Part shown: piece after piece, positions 24,774 to 34,347 of the stretch
Numbering within the stretch: the first letter of the stretch is position 1
Layout of the letters: every line of letters starts with the position of its first letter
NCBI GenBank assembly: GCA_049322575.1
Contig: JBMORQ010000027.1
Coordinates: forward strand, 9,092 to 73,091
From: Patescibacteria group bacterium
GTDB lineage: Bacteria > Patescibacteriota > Microgenomatia > UBA1400 > PJMF01
Length of the DNA stretch: 64,000 nucleotides
Direction: 5' to 3'
Program-made: the position numbers and the translations under genes
The notes under the pieces: model-generated
What the model was told of the DNA's origin: nothing
The model's input: the letters and a program-made list of their open reading frames with translations, nothing else
Databases searched by the model: none

Positions 24774-25550
24774 ATGAAAAAACAAACCATTCTACAACTC
24801 AATCAACTAAACAAAGATTTCTATAACAAAATTTCTAAAGAATTCAGCCAAACCAGAAGCTACTATTGGAACGGCTGGCATAAACTCTCTCAGTTTTTGA
24901 GAGAAGAGTTGAGCCAACACACCCAGCCAACTATCCTCGACCTGGGTTGCGGCAATGGTCGGTTTGCTGAGTTTCTACAGGAAATTCTTAACGGCAAAAA
25001 ATTCAGTTACGTTGGTTGTGATAATAGCGAAAAACTTTTGAGTATCGCCCAAGAAAAAATCACCCTGATTATCGATGACGCTGAGCTTAAAAAACTCGAT
25101 CTTGTTAAAACCACTCTTGATGATTCTCTTCAAGAAAAACTTAATCACAAACGCTATCACTTGATTACGCTTTTTGGCGTGATGCATCACATTCCTTCGG
25201 CCGATCTTAGAATCTCTTTGTTGCAACAATTGTCACACTTGCTTAACCACAACGGTTTAATTATTTTTACTGCCTGGCAATTTCAAAACGACCAACGGGT
25301 TTTTGAACGACAATCTCCACCCAACAAAATCGGTTTGGATGAAAGTGACCTAGAGGCTGGTGATTACATTTTAGATTGGCGCAAGGGCAAAGTCGCTTAT
25401 CGCTACTGCCACCAAACGGACCACAGGGAACTTGAAAATATCATCGCTCAATCAAACATGGACTTGGTTGATCAATTTTATGCCGATGGGAAAACAGATC
25501 AGCTAAATTTTTATGTTATCTTGAGAAAGAAAGCTGTGGAAGATGTCTAG
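24774..25550 (+). CDS. Trm9/ALKBH8-like SAM-dependent tRNA (mcm5U-type) methyltransferase.
   Basis: FYNKISKEFSQTRSYYWNGW matches the Trm9 signature (HFSQTRYKPWP). SAM motif I is ILDLGCGNGR. VMHHIPS and IIFTAWQFQ parallel the Trm9 VVHHWST and ALIYCWALEQ. Divergently adjacent to elp3. Confidence 0.65.
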   Translation: MKKQTILQLNQLNKDFYNKISKEFSQTRSYYWNGWHKLSQFLREELSQHTQPTILDLGCGNGRFAEFLQEILNGKKFSYVGCDNSEKLLSIAQEKITLIIDDAELKKLDLVKTTLDDSLQEKLNHKRYHLITLFGVMHHIPSADLRISLLQQLSHLLNHNGLIIFTAWQFQNDQRVFERQSPPNKIGLDESDLEAGDYILDWRKGKVAYRYCHQTDHRELENIIAQSNMDLVDQFYADGKTDQLNFYVILRKKAVEDV

Positions 25551-25712
25551 GTAGCCGTTCTTTTAGAATTTCGGCATGACAAAAGCGGCATATGTTAAAT
25601 TTGCCTTACAAAACTAAGCCAAGTAGCATAAATCAGGAAAATTTGTTAAAATTGTAGCTCTTGTTCTTTTAAATTAAGCATATTTGCTGACTGGCTTTGT
25701 CAGTCACACAAT

Positions 25713-25783
25713 TGCCCGATCGTCTAATGGCAGGACAGAGGCCTTTGAAGCCTTTAATCCAGGTTCGAATCCTAGTCGGGCAT
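25713..25783 (+). tRNA. tRNA-Gln (anticodon UUG).
   Basis: Acceptor tgcccga/tcgggca. Anticodon stem gaggc/gcctt with loop ctTTGaa. T-loop TTCGAAT (one C-A mismatch in the T-stem). Confidence 0.8.
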
Positions 25784-25874
25784 CACGTTTTTTTCAGATG
25801 TTTTTATTGTATAAATCATCAAATTTAACTTTTTCCCTTTATCATTTCTTATAAAAGTCATTAGAATAATTGAT

Positions 25875-26696
25875 ATGTGTGAAGATAATGCTTTTAGATC
25901 GTATAGCAAATCATTTGAGCCAAATCCGACTGGAAATCCAAGAAGACCGGAACAATTTTCTAACGAAGTTAAAATATACTTCCTTGGTGTACCGATAAAT
26001 TCAGAGCTAGAAGATCCTACACGAATGAGAGAGTTTGAAAACTTACTTGAAAGAGCGAGAGCTGACCGTTGGCAGATTTATGCAACCTCAGTTCCTGATT
26101 ATTTTGAAATGCTCACTCCAGATGGATGGAATCAATTTGAACGAACTGGTCAGCACCTCTGTGTTTTACGACCCCAGTCTCACCAACCAAGCGGGTGGAA
26201 TGAAATCGCCAGCTCAGTTATGCAAATTGCAGACAACGCCACACAACCGATAGTTTTACTCAGACCTGGCAATCCATTGCTCGGTGATAAATTAACCGAG
26301 ATATTCATTGGTCAATTTGTTAATACTCCAAAACAAATTGAAATTTTAGAGGCAAAATCAGGACCTGATATTGTCGGTGATTTTGCCGAAAAAATGATGG
26401 GATTAAAAAACAGTAGACGCTTTCATATTGACGGTCCACATGCTTTATTGCTTACTGATAGCGAATCATTAATAGGATCTTTAATAATAATTCGAAGCCT
26501 AGATAGAATCTATACAGATGGCAATCTTTTTAAAGATGTTTTACAAAAACTAATAGATCTAAGTTTGGGAGATAAGCAAGTTTTTATTAAAAGTCAGAAA
26601 ACTAGTGGAGAAATTTTAACTGTTCTAAATCTACTAAAAGAAATAGATCGTTTTAAACCCAAAGACCATTACACTTTAGTCGTTAATAATTTATAA
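25875..26696 (+). CDS. Hypothetical protein, orphan ORF adjacent to tRNA-Gln.
   Basis: 273 aa with no recognisable motif. TAGAAT -10 lies 7 nt upstream of the ATG (leaderless). AT-rich flanks. Confidence 0.55.
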   Translation: MCEDNAFRSYSKSFEPNPTGNPRRPEQFSNEVKIYFLGVPINSELEDPTRMREFENLLERARADRWQIYATSVPDYFEMLTPDGWNQFERTGQHLCVLRPQSHQPSGWNEIASSVMQIADNATQPIVLLRPGNPLLGDKLTEIFIGQFVNTPKQIEILEAKSGPDIVGDFAEKMMGLKNSRRFHIDGPHALLLTDSESLIGSLIIIRSLDRIYTDGNLFKDVLQKLIDLSLGDKQVFIKSQKTSGEILTVLNLLKEIDRFKPKDHYTLVVNNL

Positions 26697-26830
26697 CCAA
26701 CTTGAACTCATAGACATCCCATGGGCCAACTCTCCACCAACAAACCATTCGAAACTGAAGTACGTTTTTTATCAATCATGTAGATCACTTTAAAAGTGGA
26801 GAATGCATTTCCCACAACACCTCTTGCAAG

Positions 26831-27538
26831 TCAAACCTCAAAAAATTTCCCGTCATAATTTAAAAAGCGACCATTGAGTTCCTCGCGCCAGTTTTGGCTA
26901 ATGCCAATGATGTATTTTGCCTGATCGAAAGGTGTTTGTTGACCCTGCGGGTTCATGTCAGTTTTAACCATACCAGGATGGACAGCATAAATCTTGACAT
27001 TTGCGGGCAAGTCTCGTGTCAAACAATAAGTCATCATATTGAGTCCGGCTTTGCTGGCTCGATAGCCATAGTTGGCCGTGGAACCAGGCTCGTCCTTGAT
27101 CGACGAACGACACGACGAAATATTAATCACAAAAGCTGGCTCTGGGGTTAACAAGGGCAAAAATCCTTTAACCATCATGGCTGGCGCAACCGTATTAACG
27201 TTAAACATTTTTAAGAGCAGTTGACGATCCAACGAAGCTAAGTCGCAAACCATTTTTTTGTTGCCGTTGGTGGCTGTATCTTTGTTTAAACCGGCATTGT
27301 TAACCAAATAATCCAAATGGTCGGTAAGCGAGACAACCTCAGAAAAGGCTTGCTGAATCGAGGAATCATCGGTAACATCCAATTTAATTGCCACCAAATC
27401 GGGATGAGCCGATAGTTGCTGATCCAGTTTAGCAGGGTCGCGCACTCCAATAAAAACCTGAAAACCCTGTTGCAAAAAGTTTTCAGCAAAACCACGGCCC
27501 AAACCTCGACCGCCTCCGGTAATAAAAGCTGTTCTCAT
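26831..27538 (-). CDS. Short-chain dehydrogenase/reductase (SDR) family oxidoreductase.
   Basis: TGGGRGLG (NAD(P)-binding), NNAG, catalytic YRASKAGL (YxxxK). Confidence 0.85.
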   Translation of the reverse strand: MRTAFITGGGRGLGRGFAENFLQQGFQVFIGVRDPAKLDQQLSAHPDLVAIKLDVTDDSSIQQAFSEVVSLTDHLDYLVNNAGLNKDTATNGNKKMVCDLASLDRQLLLKMFNVNTVAPAMMVKGFLPLLTPEPAFVINISSCRSSIKDEPGSTANYGYRASKAGLNMMTYCLTRDLPANVKIYAVHPGMVKTDMNPQGQQTPFDQAKYIIGISQNWREELNGRFLNYDGKFFEV

Positions 27539-27637
27539 TTTTTCCTTTAACTAGACTTGTTGTGAAATACCATTTATATTAAAAATCATTCGAGTGCAAG
27601 TCAGAATTGATCTAATTAGCAGTTTAGCGTAAAAATG

Positions 27638-27647
27638 TTGATATAAT
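27638..27647 (+). promoter_or_regulatory. Extended -10 TTGATATAAT upstream of ORF 27694.
   Basis: Third copy of the exact 10-mer in this window. Confidence 0.4.
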
Positions 27648-27693
27648 CAAATTGAAAAATTTATAAAACAAAAAACTAATTACCAAGGAAAAT

Positions 27694-27996
27694 ATGGATA
27701 AAGAAACTTCAATTAATCACGCAACAATCGAAAAAACTGATAATCAAACTGTCATCGACTTGTCAGACCAAGACATCATTATTGGCAGAGAAGGTGTTTT
27801 TTTTGGCAAAAAGATAATCGACAAAGAAATAGTCAGAACTCTTATCCTAAAAGCACTTGAAGCTGCTAAGAACGGCGTGCACCTACCTATGGACGAAAAA
27901 GGTAATCATATCCTAATAATTGATAACGTTACGTACATTGGAATCGGATATAGAGACTGGCACACCTTAGTAGATTTCGCCAATGAGAACAGCTAA
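27694..27996 (+). CDS. Hypothetical protein.
   Basis: 100-aa ORF immediately upstream of the cyclophilin gene (3-nt gap). No motif recognised. Confidence 0.45.
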   Translation: MDKETSINHATIEKTDNQTVIDLSDQDIIIGREGVFFGKKIIDKEIVRTLILKALEAAKNGVHLPMDEKGNHILIIDNVTYIGIGYRDWHTLVDFANENS

Positions 27997-27998
27997 AT

Positions 27999-28700
27999 AT
28001 GCCCAAACAACTCCAAATTATTATTGCCACTACCTTAATACTAATTGTCGGAGCAGCCATTATCACCAAACTAAATCCTCGGCCCATCTCTCTTAAATCA
28101 CCCAATCCAAACCTTGTTCAAAATACAAATAACCAAGTAAAGGAACCAATGACAGACTCGTTACAAAATCCTACCGCTCGACCATCTCAAAAAGCAGGTC
28201 CTCCGGCGATGCAGATTGATCAGAGCAAAAAATACTCAGCGGTGTTAGAAACCTCGGCCGGTACAATAGTGATCAGCCTTAATGCAGCTCAGACTCCGAT
28301 TACCGTCAATAATTTTGTGTCTTTGGCCCGCGAGGGTTTTTATGACAACACAATCTTTCATCGAACCATCAAAGATTTTATGATTCAGGGTGGTGATCCA
28401 CAGGGCAATGGAACTGGCGGCCCCGGGTATCGCTTCAACGACGAGCCTTTCCAGGGGGAATACACCAGAGGTACAGTCGCCATGGCCAACGCCGGTCCCA
28501 ACACCAATGGTAGTCAATTCTTCATTATGCATGCCGATTATGCTTTGCCCAAAAATTACGTAATTTTTGGCAAGGTGGAGAAGGGTTTGGAAACGGTTGA
28601 TACTATCGCCAACGCTCCAGTTGTGCGAGGTGCTTCTGGTGAATTATCAAAACCGGCCCAAGCCGTGACTGTCAAAAGTGTTACAATTGTAGAAGAATAG
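27999..28700 (+). CDS. ppiB: Peptidyl-prolyl cis-trans isomerase, cyclophilin type, membrane-anchored.
   Basis: N-terminal TM helix. Cyclophilin core FHRTIKDFMIQGGDPQGNGTGGPGY...GTVAMANAGPNTNGSQFFI. Confidence 0.9.
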   Translation: MPKQLQIIIATTLILIVGAAIITKLNPRPISLKSPNPNLVQNTNNQVKEPMTDSLQNPTARPSQKAGPPAMQIDQSKKYSAVLETSAGTIVISLNAAQTPITVNNFVSLAREGFYDNTIFHRTIKDFMIQGGDPQGNGTGGPGYRFNDEPFQGEYTRGTVAMANAGPNTNGSQFFIMHADYALPKNYVIFGKVEKGLETVDTIANAPVVRGASGELSKPAQAVTVKSVTIVEE

Positions 28701-28734
28701 ATTTTGGTCACAAAATAGACTTCAAAACGAGAAA

Positions 28735-28774
28735 CAAAAAAGGCTGGTCTGATTTACATCAGCCAGCCTTTTTA
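28735..28774. terminator. Rho-independent bidirectional terminator between the convergent ppi and Lys-rich genes.
   Basis: A-run, stem aggctgg...ccagcct with inner ctgat/atcag arms, then T5. Confidence 0.65.
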
Positions 28775-28789
28775 CTATCTAAAAATATT

Positions 28790-29068
28790 TTATTTTTTGC
28801 TCTGAGTTTTTTTCTTAAGTTTAGCTGCTACTTTTTTTGCTTTGACAGTAGCTTTTTTGGCAACTTTCTTGGCCTCAACTTGTGCTTTCTTCATTGCCTT
28901 TTTAGGATTTTTTTTGATCTCAGTGCCAACTTTCTTAGCCTTTTTTGCAGCAGCTACTGCAACTTTTTTGGTTTTGTCACGATTTTCCTTTTTGGAAAGG
29001 AATAGCGCAGCAGCACCAGCTGCCAACCCAACCACAAATGATAATAATCCCGATGATTTTTTTGCCAT
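28790..29068 (-). CDS. Small membrane-anchored Lys/Ala-rich protein (histone H1 C-terminal-tail-like / AKKA-repeat).
   Basis: 92 aa. TM helix LLSFVVGLAAGAAALFL, then KKVAVAAAKKAKKVGTEIKK...AKKVAKKATVKAKKVAAKLKKK. Confidence 0.55.
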   Translation of the reverse strand: MAKKSSGLLSFVVGLAAGAAALFLSKKENRDKTKKVAVAAAKKAKKVGTEIKKNPKKAMKKAQVEAKKVAKKATVKAKKVAAKLKKKTQSKK

Positions 29069-29150
29069 AAAAAAGCCCTCCTATTCTTTCTAGATAATAG
29101 TATCTAGATTTTTTGGAGGGCTGTCAAGTCAGTGCTTAATTTGAAGCGAT

Positions 29151-30581
29151 TTATTTTATCTTCACCACAGACATGGTGTTAGTTAAACCCGGCTCTGCCC
29201 AATACTTCCCTAAAACAACAATCACAGTCTGTCCAGATTCAACAATTCCTTTTTCTTTCAAAAGATTAATCATTTTGTCATTCAGTACTAAGTCACAACC
29301 TTTTTTCAGGTCCAACATAAAAGGATCAACACCATACATCAACGACATGGAACCATAAGCCTTAAGATTGCTAGTGACTCCTTTAATCTTAACTCTGGGA
29401 CGGAAACGACTTAGCAAACGAGCCGTCTTACCAGTTTCACTTAAACACACCACTGAAGCAATTTCTTCGGCACGGTGTTTTAGCATATATGCCACCGCAT
29501 GCGTGATACTGGCTGAGTCGCTATCATCTGACCAATCCTCAATATCTGATTCAATGTACTGTTCGTTAAAAGCAGCAATTTTCGCCTGGGTGGCAACTGC
29601 GCGGACAGGGTATTTACCGATAGTGGTTTCTTCCGAAAGCATAACTGCGCTAGTATTATCATAAATGGCGTTAGCAATGTCTGTGACTTCGGCACGTGTT
29701 GGGCGTGGACTCTCAACCATCGATTTAAGCATCTGAGTTGCTGTAATAACCGGCTTACCAGCGAAACGACACTTTGTGATTATCAGTTTCTGCCAGAAGG
29801 CCAACTGTTCAAAAGGCACCTCCACTGCCAAATCACCACGTGCTACCATAACGGCATCACTTGCCGCGATAATCTCGTCGAGATTATCAATAGCTGCTTG
29901 ATTTTCAATTTTTGCAACTACCTGCGCATTGATACCACGCTTTTTTAGTTCACCTCGCAAAATCTCGATATCTTTACTGTCCCGAACAAATGAAAGACCA
30001 ACAAAATCGATCGCATCACCCTCGGCACCATCGAGTTGAGCCAAGTCAGCGGGAATGATCGAAGGCATATCAATAGTAATACCTGGTGTATTCATGGTTT
30101 TGCGGTGTTTAACACAAAAGTCACTCAAGGCTTTGGCCACAAAATGATCTTTGCTTTTTTCAATGATTTCAAATTCACAGGCACCATCGTCAAGTAGAAT
30201 GAAGTTGCCAACTTGAAGGGTCTCGACAACGTTTTGTGGAATCAAAACCATTTTGTCGTCACTCCGAGAATCGTCGAAGGTAAAAATGGCAACATCATCC
30301 TTTTTCATATCGAAAGCCTGTTCTCCAGGAAGATTGATACGAATTTCAGGACCTTGTAGATCAAGCAAAACACCAATAGAAACACCCATTTCTTTCGCAA
30401 CCTTTTTGATACGATGAATTCTTTCTTGGTGCCATTCTGGAGTACCATGCTTGGTGTTGAAACGAGCCACATTCATGCCCGCCTCGATCAACTCTTTCAT
30501 GATTTCTTCAGTTTCCGTTGCTGGACCAATGGTTGCAACAATTTTTGTGAATTTCTGCATTCTTCCCTTCAGTTTTTGCAC
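29151..30581 (-). CDS. pyk: Pyruvate kinase.
   Basis: KIVATIGPATETEE...MNVARFNTKHGT...LLDLQGPEIR and the full PK barrel and C-domain. SD GAGGTG is upstream. The real start may be the internal Met (MQKFTKIV). Confidence 0.9.
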   Translation of the reverse strand: MQKLKGRMQKFTKIVATIGPATETEEIMKELIEAGMNVARFNTKHGTPEWHQERIHRIKKVAKEMGVSIGVLLDLQGPEIRINLPGEQAFDMKKDDVAIFTFDDSRSDDKMVLIPQNVVETLQVGNFILLDDGACEFEIIEKSKDHFVAKALSDFCVKHRKTMNTPGITIDMPSIIPADLAQLDGAEGDAIDFVGLSFVRDSKDIEILRGELKKRGINAQVVAKIENQAAIDNLDEIIAASDAVMVARGDLAVEVPFEQLAFWQKLIITKCRFAGKPVITATQMLKSMVESPRPTRAEVTDIANAIYDNTSAVMLSEETTIGKYPVRAVATQAKIAAFNEQYIESDIEDWSDDSDSASITHAVAYMLKHRAEEIASVVCLSETGKTARLLSRFRPRVKIKGVTSNLKAYGSMSLMYGVDPFMLDLKKGCDLVLNDKMINLLKEKGIVESGQTVIVVLGKYWAEPGLTNTMSVVKIK

Positions 30582-30715
30582 CTCGATGCAAATTACATAT
30601 TATCCGAAAGCTAAATTGTAACTCAAAGCCAACTATTTTTATATAGAACAATTAACTACCCACCCAAAACAGTTCCAATTGAATTCCTGTGGAATAGGAT
30701 TATGTAGTTAAAAGC

Positions 30716-32146
30716 TCATTTTTTTAAAAGAATGATTTGTAGTTTTTCTGTGCAGTGGTATTCCTCCCCAACCGAGGATTGCCCAAAAAGAGTCAACTCA
30801 TTGTAAGCAGTTTTGCCATGTTCATATTTTGAGTCATCCACCACCACCGCCATTTGTCGGCTTTGATCTTGATTGTCCTCAATATTCAACACTTTACAAC
30901 CGGCCTCACGCATTAAGAAACGATGCTCAGGGGCATTGTGGTAGGGGAGAATACCAGATTGCATGCTGACATACAGTGGTTGCCGGTTTTTGTCACAAAA
31001 ATCCCGATAACAAGTTTGCATATCAGCCACTGTGCGACGAGCTGGCAAAAAATATCGTTTAGTAAAAATCGGCAAAAGCCACAAAAGCGACAAAAGTGCA
31101 ACAAATAGCACAAGCTGCAACGGCAGCAAAGCCATAGTCATAATTAATAGACTCATCAAGCCAAAAATATAGTGTGATTCAATATTGAAAGGCAAAATAA
31201 AAGTTAAGACAAAGCAAATTAATGAAGCCAATGACAGAGAAAGTAAAGACCTGAATTGAGCGTGTTGTTTCCTTTTCCAATAAATCTGCAATCCAACAAC
31301 GATTAAAGCCATTAGCAACAAAGAAATTACCACCCCGACCCAACCTTTATAACCGACCAAATATCCCTCCAATGTCATCATTTTTCCCCAGAAACCAATG
31401 TCTACTTGCATAAGCGTTTGTCCCTCAATTAGCAACTTGGTTAAAACAAATTTATGTCTAAGCTCAAAAAATATAGTTGGCAAATTTAGCAACAAACCCG
31501 CCACTGAAGTTGCCACAACAACCAACCAGGTTTTTTTGCGCCAAAAAAACATCCCGACTAAAAAGAGCGACGCAACTGCCGGCAAAGCAGAATAATTAAA
31601 AGAAATAGCCGCTGCAACTCCCAGAGAGAAAGCCGTCAAATTTTTCCAATTCAACTGATGCCTCATCTCCAAAAAGGCAAAGCTAGCGATAATCATAAAT
31701 AGCAAGACAAAAGATGGATTCCAAACAAATCGATGTTGAATAATTGCTTGCGGTTGAAGAGTAACCAGCAATCCAACCAACCACAAACTCACCAACTTAG
31801 TCTTATCATTTCTATAAATCCAAATGCCAAAAAGAAAGGCGAGCAAATAACAAAAAATCACAGTGTAAATTGAAGAAAAAGCCGAATGATTTGTTAACAA
31901 GAAAGCTGGAAACAGCAGATAAAAATAAAAAGCACTTTGATTGAAGGAAAAAGCGCTGGTTTGTGGTCCAAGTAAAGGTGGCTTGCCAGATTCGTACCAA
32001 TCTAACAAGACCGAGAAATCTCGGCCCATGTCGTTGAAGAAGAGTAGGGAGGTATGAATGCTATAAAGGCGAAAAACAAGGAAAACTGCAATAGGTAATA
32101 CGAATAGTAGTAATTTCCAATTATTGACGACTAATCTCATAACCAT
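30716..32146 (-). CDS. Polytopic membrane protein, putative GT-C-fold glycosyltransferase.
   Basis: 476 aa, more than 10 TM helices. Possible first-loop acidic motif FNDMGRD. C-terminal soluble domain. Confidence 0.55.
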   Translation of the reverse strand: MVMRLVVNNWKLLLFVLPIAVFLVFRLYSIHTSLLFFNDMGRDFSVLLDWYESGKPPLLGPQTSAFSFNQSAFYFYLLFPAFLLTNHSAFSSIYTVIFCYLLAFLFGIWIYRNDKTKLVSLWLVGLLVTLQPQAIIQHRFVWNPSFVLLFMIIASFAFLEMRHQLNWKNLTAFSLGVAAAISFNYSALPAVASLFLVGMFFWRKKTWLVVVATSVAGLLLNLPTIFFELRHKFVLTKLLIEGQTLMQVDIGFWGKMMTLEGYLVGYKGWVGVVISLLLMALIVVGLQIYWKRKQHAQFRSLLSLSLASLICFVLTFILPFNIESHYIFGLMSLLIMTMALLPLQLVLFVALLSLLWLLPIFTKRYFLPARRTVADMQTCYRDFCDKNRQPLYVSMQSGILPYHNAPEHRFLMREAGCKVLNIEDNQDQSRQMAVVVDDSKYEHGKTAYNELTLFGQSSVGEEYHCTEKLQIILLKK

Positions 32147-32210
32147 AAATTATATCCGGGATCCAAACCAACTGCTAGCCTTTGGTCAACTCATATGAAA
32201 CAATAAACTC

Positions 32211-33509
32211 GTGAGAACTATTGCGCAAAGAATTCTAAAATCAGAGGGACTAATACAATCTGCACAGATGGTCGTGGGTAACAACCTAGCAACCTTAATA
32301 TCTGCTGTTGCGCTCATCATGATTTCTCGTCTACTTGGACCAAGCATGTTTGGCGAATTTAGCGTGGGAATTTCTATAGCCATGATTTGGACAAGGTTTG
32401 TCGACTTGGGGATATCGACTGCCTTAATAAAACGAGCTTCTGAATCAACTGATCAGAAAAGAGTTAATGACTTATTTTCATTTACTATCAAAACCAAAAT
32501 GATAACTGCTGTGATCATGACGCTCATTGGCTTATTTGTTGTTAACCAAATAATGAACTTGATTGAGATAGGTGAAGAAAAAATTGTATATATGGGGATA
32601 ATTCTCAGTCTTGCTACGGTTGCCTATGACCAGTTAATTGTGATGCTCCAATCTCTAGGAAGGTTTTCGCAAGCAATTGTTGTCAATTTCTTTCAAGCAT
32701 CTCTCAAGCTCGCATCAGTTGCGGTTTTCTTTTTCACAAATATCTCCAATCCATTTCTGATCTTTTTGGTCTTCGCCGGCATACCCATCGTGCCAACTTT
32801 GTTCTCAAAAATGTTTATTCCCTCGTGGATAAAAATTGATTTATCAATACAAAATAAAGAAGTGAGCAAATTGATAATTTCTCTTGTTAAACACACCTCC
32901 ATTGGCATAATAGCTCTGGCTTTAATCGAGAATGTCAGTATCATTTTTGTGCGTGGTTTTATGGACGCCTATGATGCCGGCCTATTGGCTGGCGTAAGCC
33001 GTATCTCTACTTTTCTGCTTTTAGTGGCTGGCTCCCTAGGAAATGTCTTATTCGTGAGAGTGGCTAAATATAAAACAAAACAACACATTCTAGCCTATAC
33101 AAAAAAGGCCACGTTGTTTACGTTCCTAATATTAGTGTCTTTCATCACTTTTATCCCGTTCAGCAAGTTAATGATTCTTTATACTATTGGACCAGAATAC
33201 CTTAGTGGCAACCCGATTTTATTAATCTTAGCTGGGGCTTCTTTTATCAGCATCGCCACAGTACCACTATCAGCACTTTTTTATAGTTTCGAAAAGCCAA
33301 CGTTCTTCTCAGTTACGGGAGTAATCCAAGCTATTATCATCATTGGGGGAAACTGGATGTTTGTGCCTCAATATGGCCTGGTTGCTTCAGCCCTTGCAAC
33401 TCTCACCTCCCGCGTTGTAATGTTCTTTATGATCTCAATTTGGGGACTATCATTAGTCCGTCAAAAGTTTCTCTCTAAAAAACCGATCAAAAACCACCTA
33501 GCGCCTTAA
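32211..33509 (+). CDS. Polysaccharide biosynthesis protein / Wzx-like flippase (MOP superfamily).
   Basis: 432 aa, about 12 TM helices. N-terminal region typical of oligosaccharide-unit flippases. Confidence 0.65.
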   Translation: MRTIAQRILKSEGLIQSAQMVVGNNLATLISAVALIMISRLLGPSMFGEFSVGISIAMIWTRFVDLGISTALIKRASESTDQKRVNDLFSFTIKTKMITAVIMTLIGLFVVNQIMNLIEIGEEKIVYMGIILSLATVAYDQLIVMLQSLGRFSQAIVVNFFQASLKLASVAVFFFTNISNPFLIFLVFAGIPIVPTLFSKMFIPSWIKIDLSIQNKEVSKLIISLVKHTSIGIIALALIENVSIIFVRGFMDAYDAGLLAGVSRISTFLLLVAGSLGNVLFVRVAKYKTKQHILAYTKKATLFTFLILVSFITFIPFSKLMILYTIGPEYLSGNPILLILAGASFISIATVPLSALFYSFEKPTFFSVTGVIQAIIIIGGNWMFVPQYGLVASALATLTSRVVMFFMISIWGLSLVRQKFLSKKPIKNHLAP

Positions 33510-34341
33510 AGATTCCCGAAATATTTCTCATTCTTTCGATACAAATCGCTGGAAAATTCCGGATGATTTTTTTCCATCCCCAATTTCTGATGATTACTAA
33601 ACACCAGTTTTTAAAATCAAGCCAGCGTTTTTTGACCGATTCAATATTCATTGTTTGATGTCCTAAGTGAATTACTTCGACAGTCGGATCAACAATGTTT
33701 ATAAAACCAGCTTTTCTCAGACGGAGAGATAAGTCAACGTCTTCAAGATAACTTGTAAATAACTCAGCAAACAAGCCAACTTTTGACAAGGCATAGCGAG
33801 AATAAATAACACAAGCACCGTTAGTTGCATCAACTTCAACAGCTGTAGATGGTTTTTGAGTGATACATCTAGCTTTTCCTTTGTCCTCGATTTTGATACC
33901 AGCGGATTCTATAGTACCGTTTAGATCCACTATTAGTGGATTAATTGAACCAACTTTTCTAGGATCTTTATTCTTTGTTAAGTCTACTGACCAACCACTT
34001 TTTAAAATAACATCATCATTGACCGTACCGACCCACTCCCCAGAGCTTAAACGAAAACCTGTGTTAACAGTATCTGCAAAGCCCTTGTTTTGCTTGATCG
34101 GCACAAAACGTACCGAGGGATACTTGCATCGATATTCTTTTAGAGACTCATTGGTAACAGAGCTAGATACAATTATCAGTTCAGTTTTTTCTGATATTAA
34201 GTCAATGTTGTTAATTAAAAACTGATCGAGCAGGTGTTTGTGAAGGTTGGGGACGGTTATACTAATGATTTTTGATACAACTACCTCATCAATGGAAGAG
34301 TGTCGTCTCATATTATCTTCCAAGTCCTGAGTTTTTTGCAT
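33487..34341 (-). CDS. Glycosyltransferase family 2 (GT-A fold).
   Basis: DxD-type motifs (TVNDDV, EDVDLSLR). Confidence 0.75.
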   Translation of the reverse strand: MQKTQDLEDNMRRHSSIDEVVVSKIISITVPNLHKHLLDQFLINNIDLISEKTELIIVSSSVTNESLKEYRCKYPSVRFVPIKQNKGFADTVNTGFRLSSGEWVGTVNDDVILKSGWSVDLTKNKDPRKVGSINPLIVDLNGTIESAGIKIEDKGKARCITQKPSTAVEVDATNGACVIYSRYALSKVGLFAELFTSYLEDVDLSLRLRKAGFINIVDPTVEVIHLGHQTMNIESVKKRWLDFKNWCLVIIRNWGWKKIIRNFPAICIERMRNISGIFKALGGF

Positions 34342-34347
34342 AACAAT

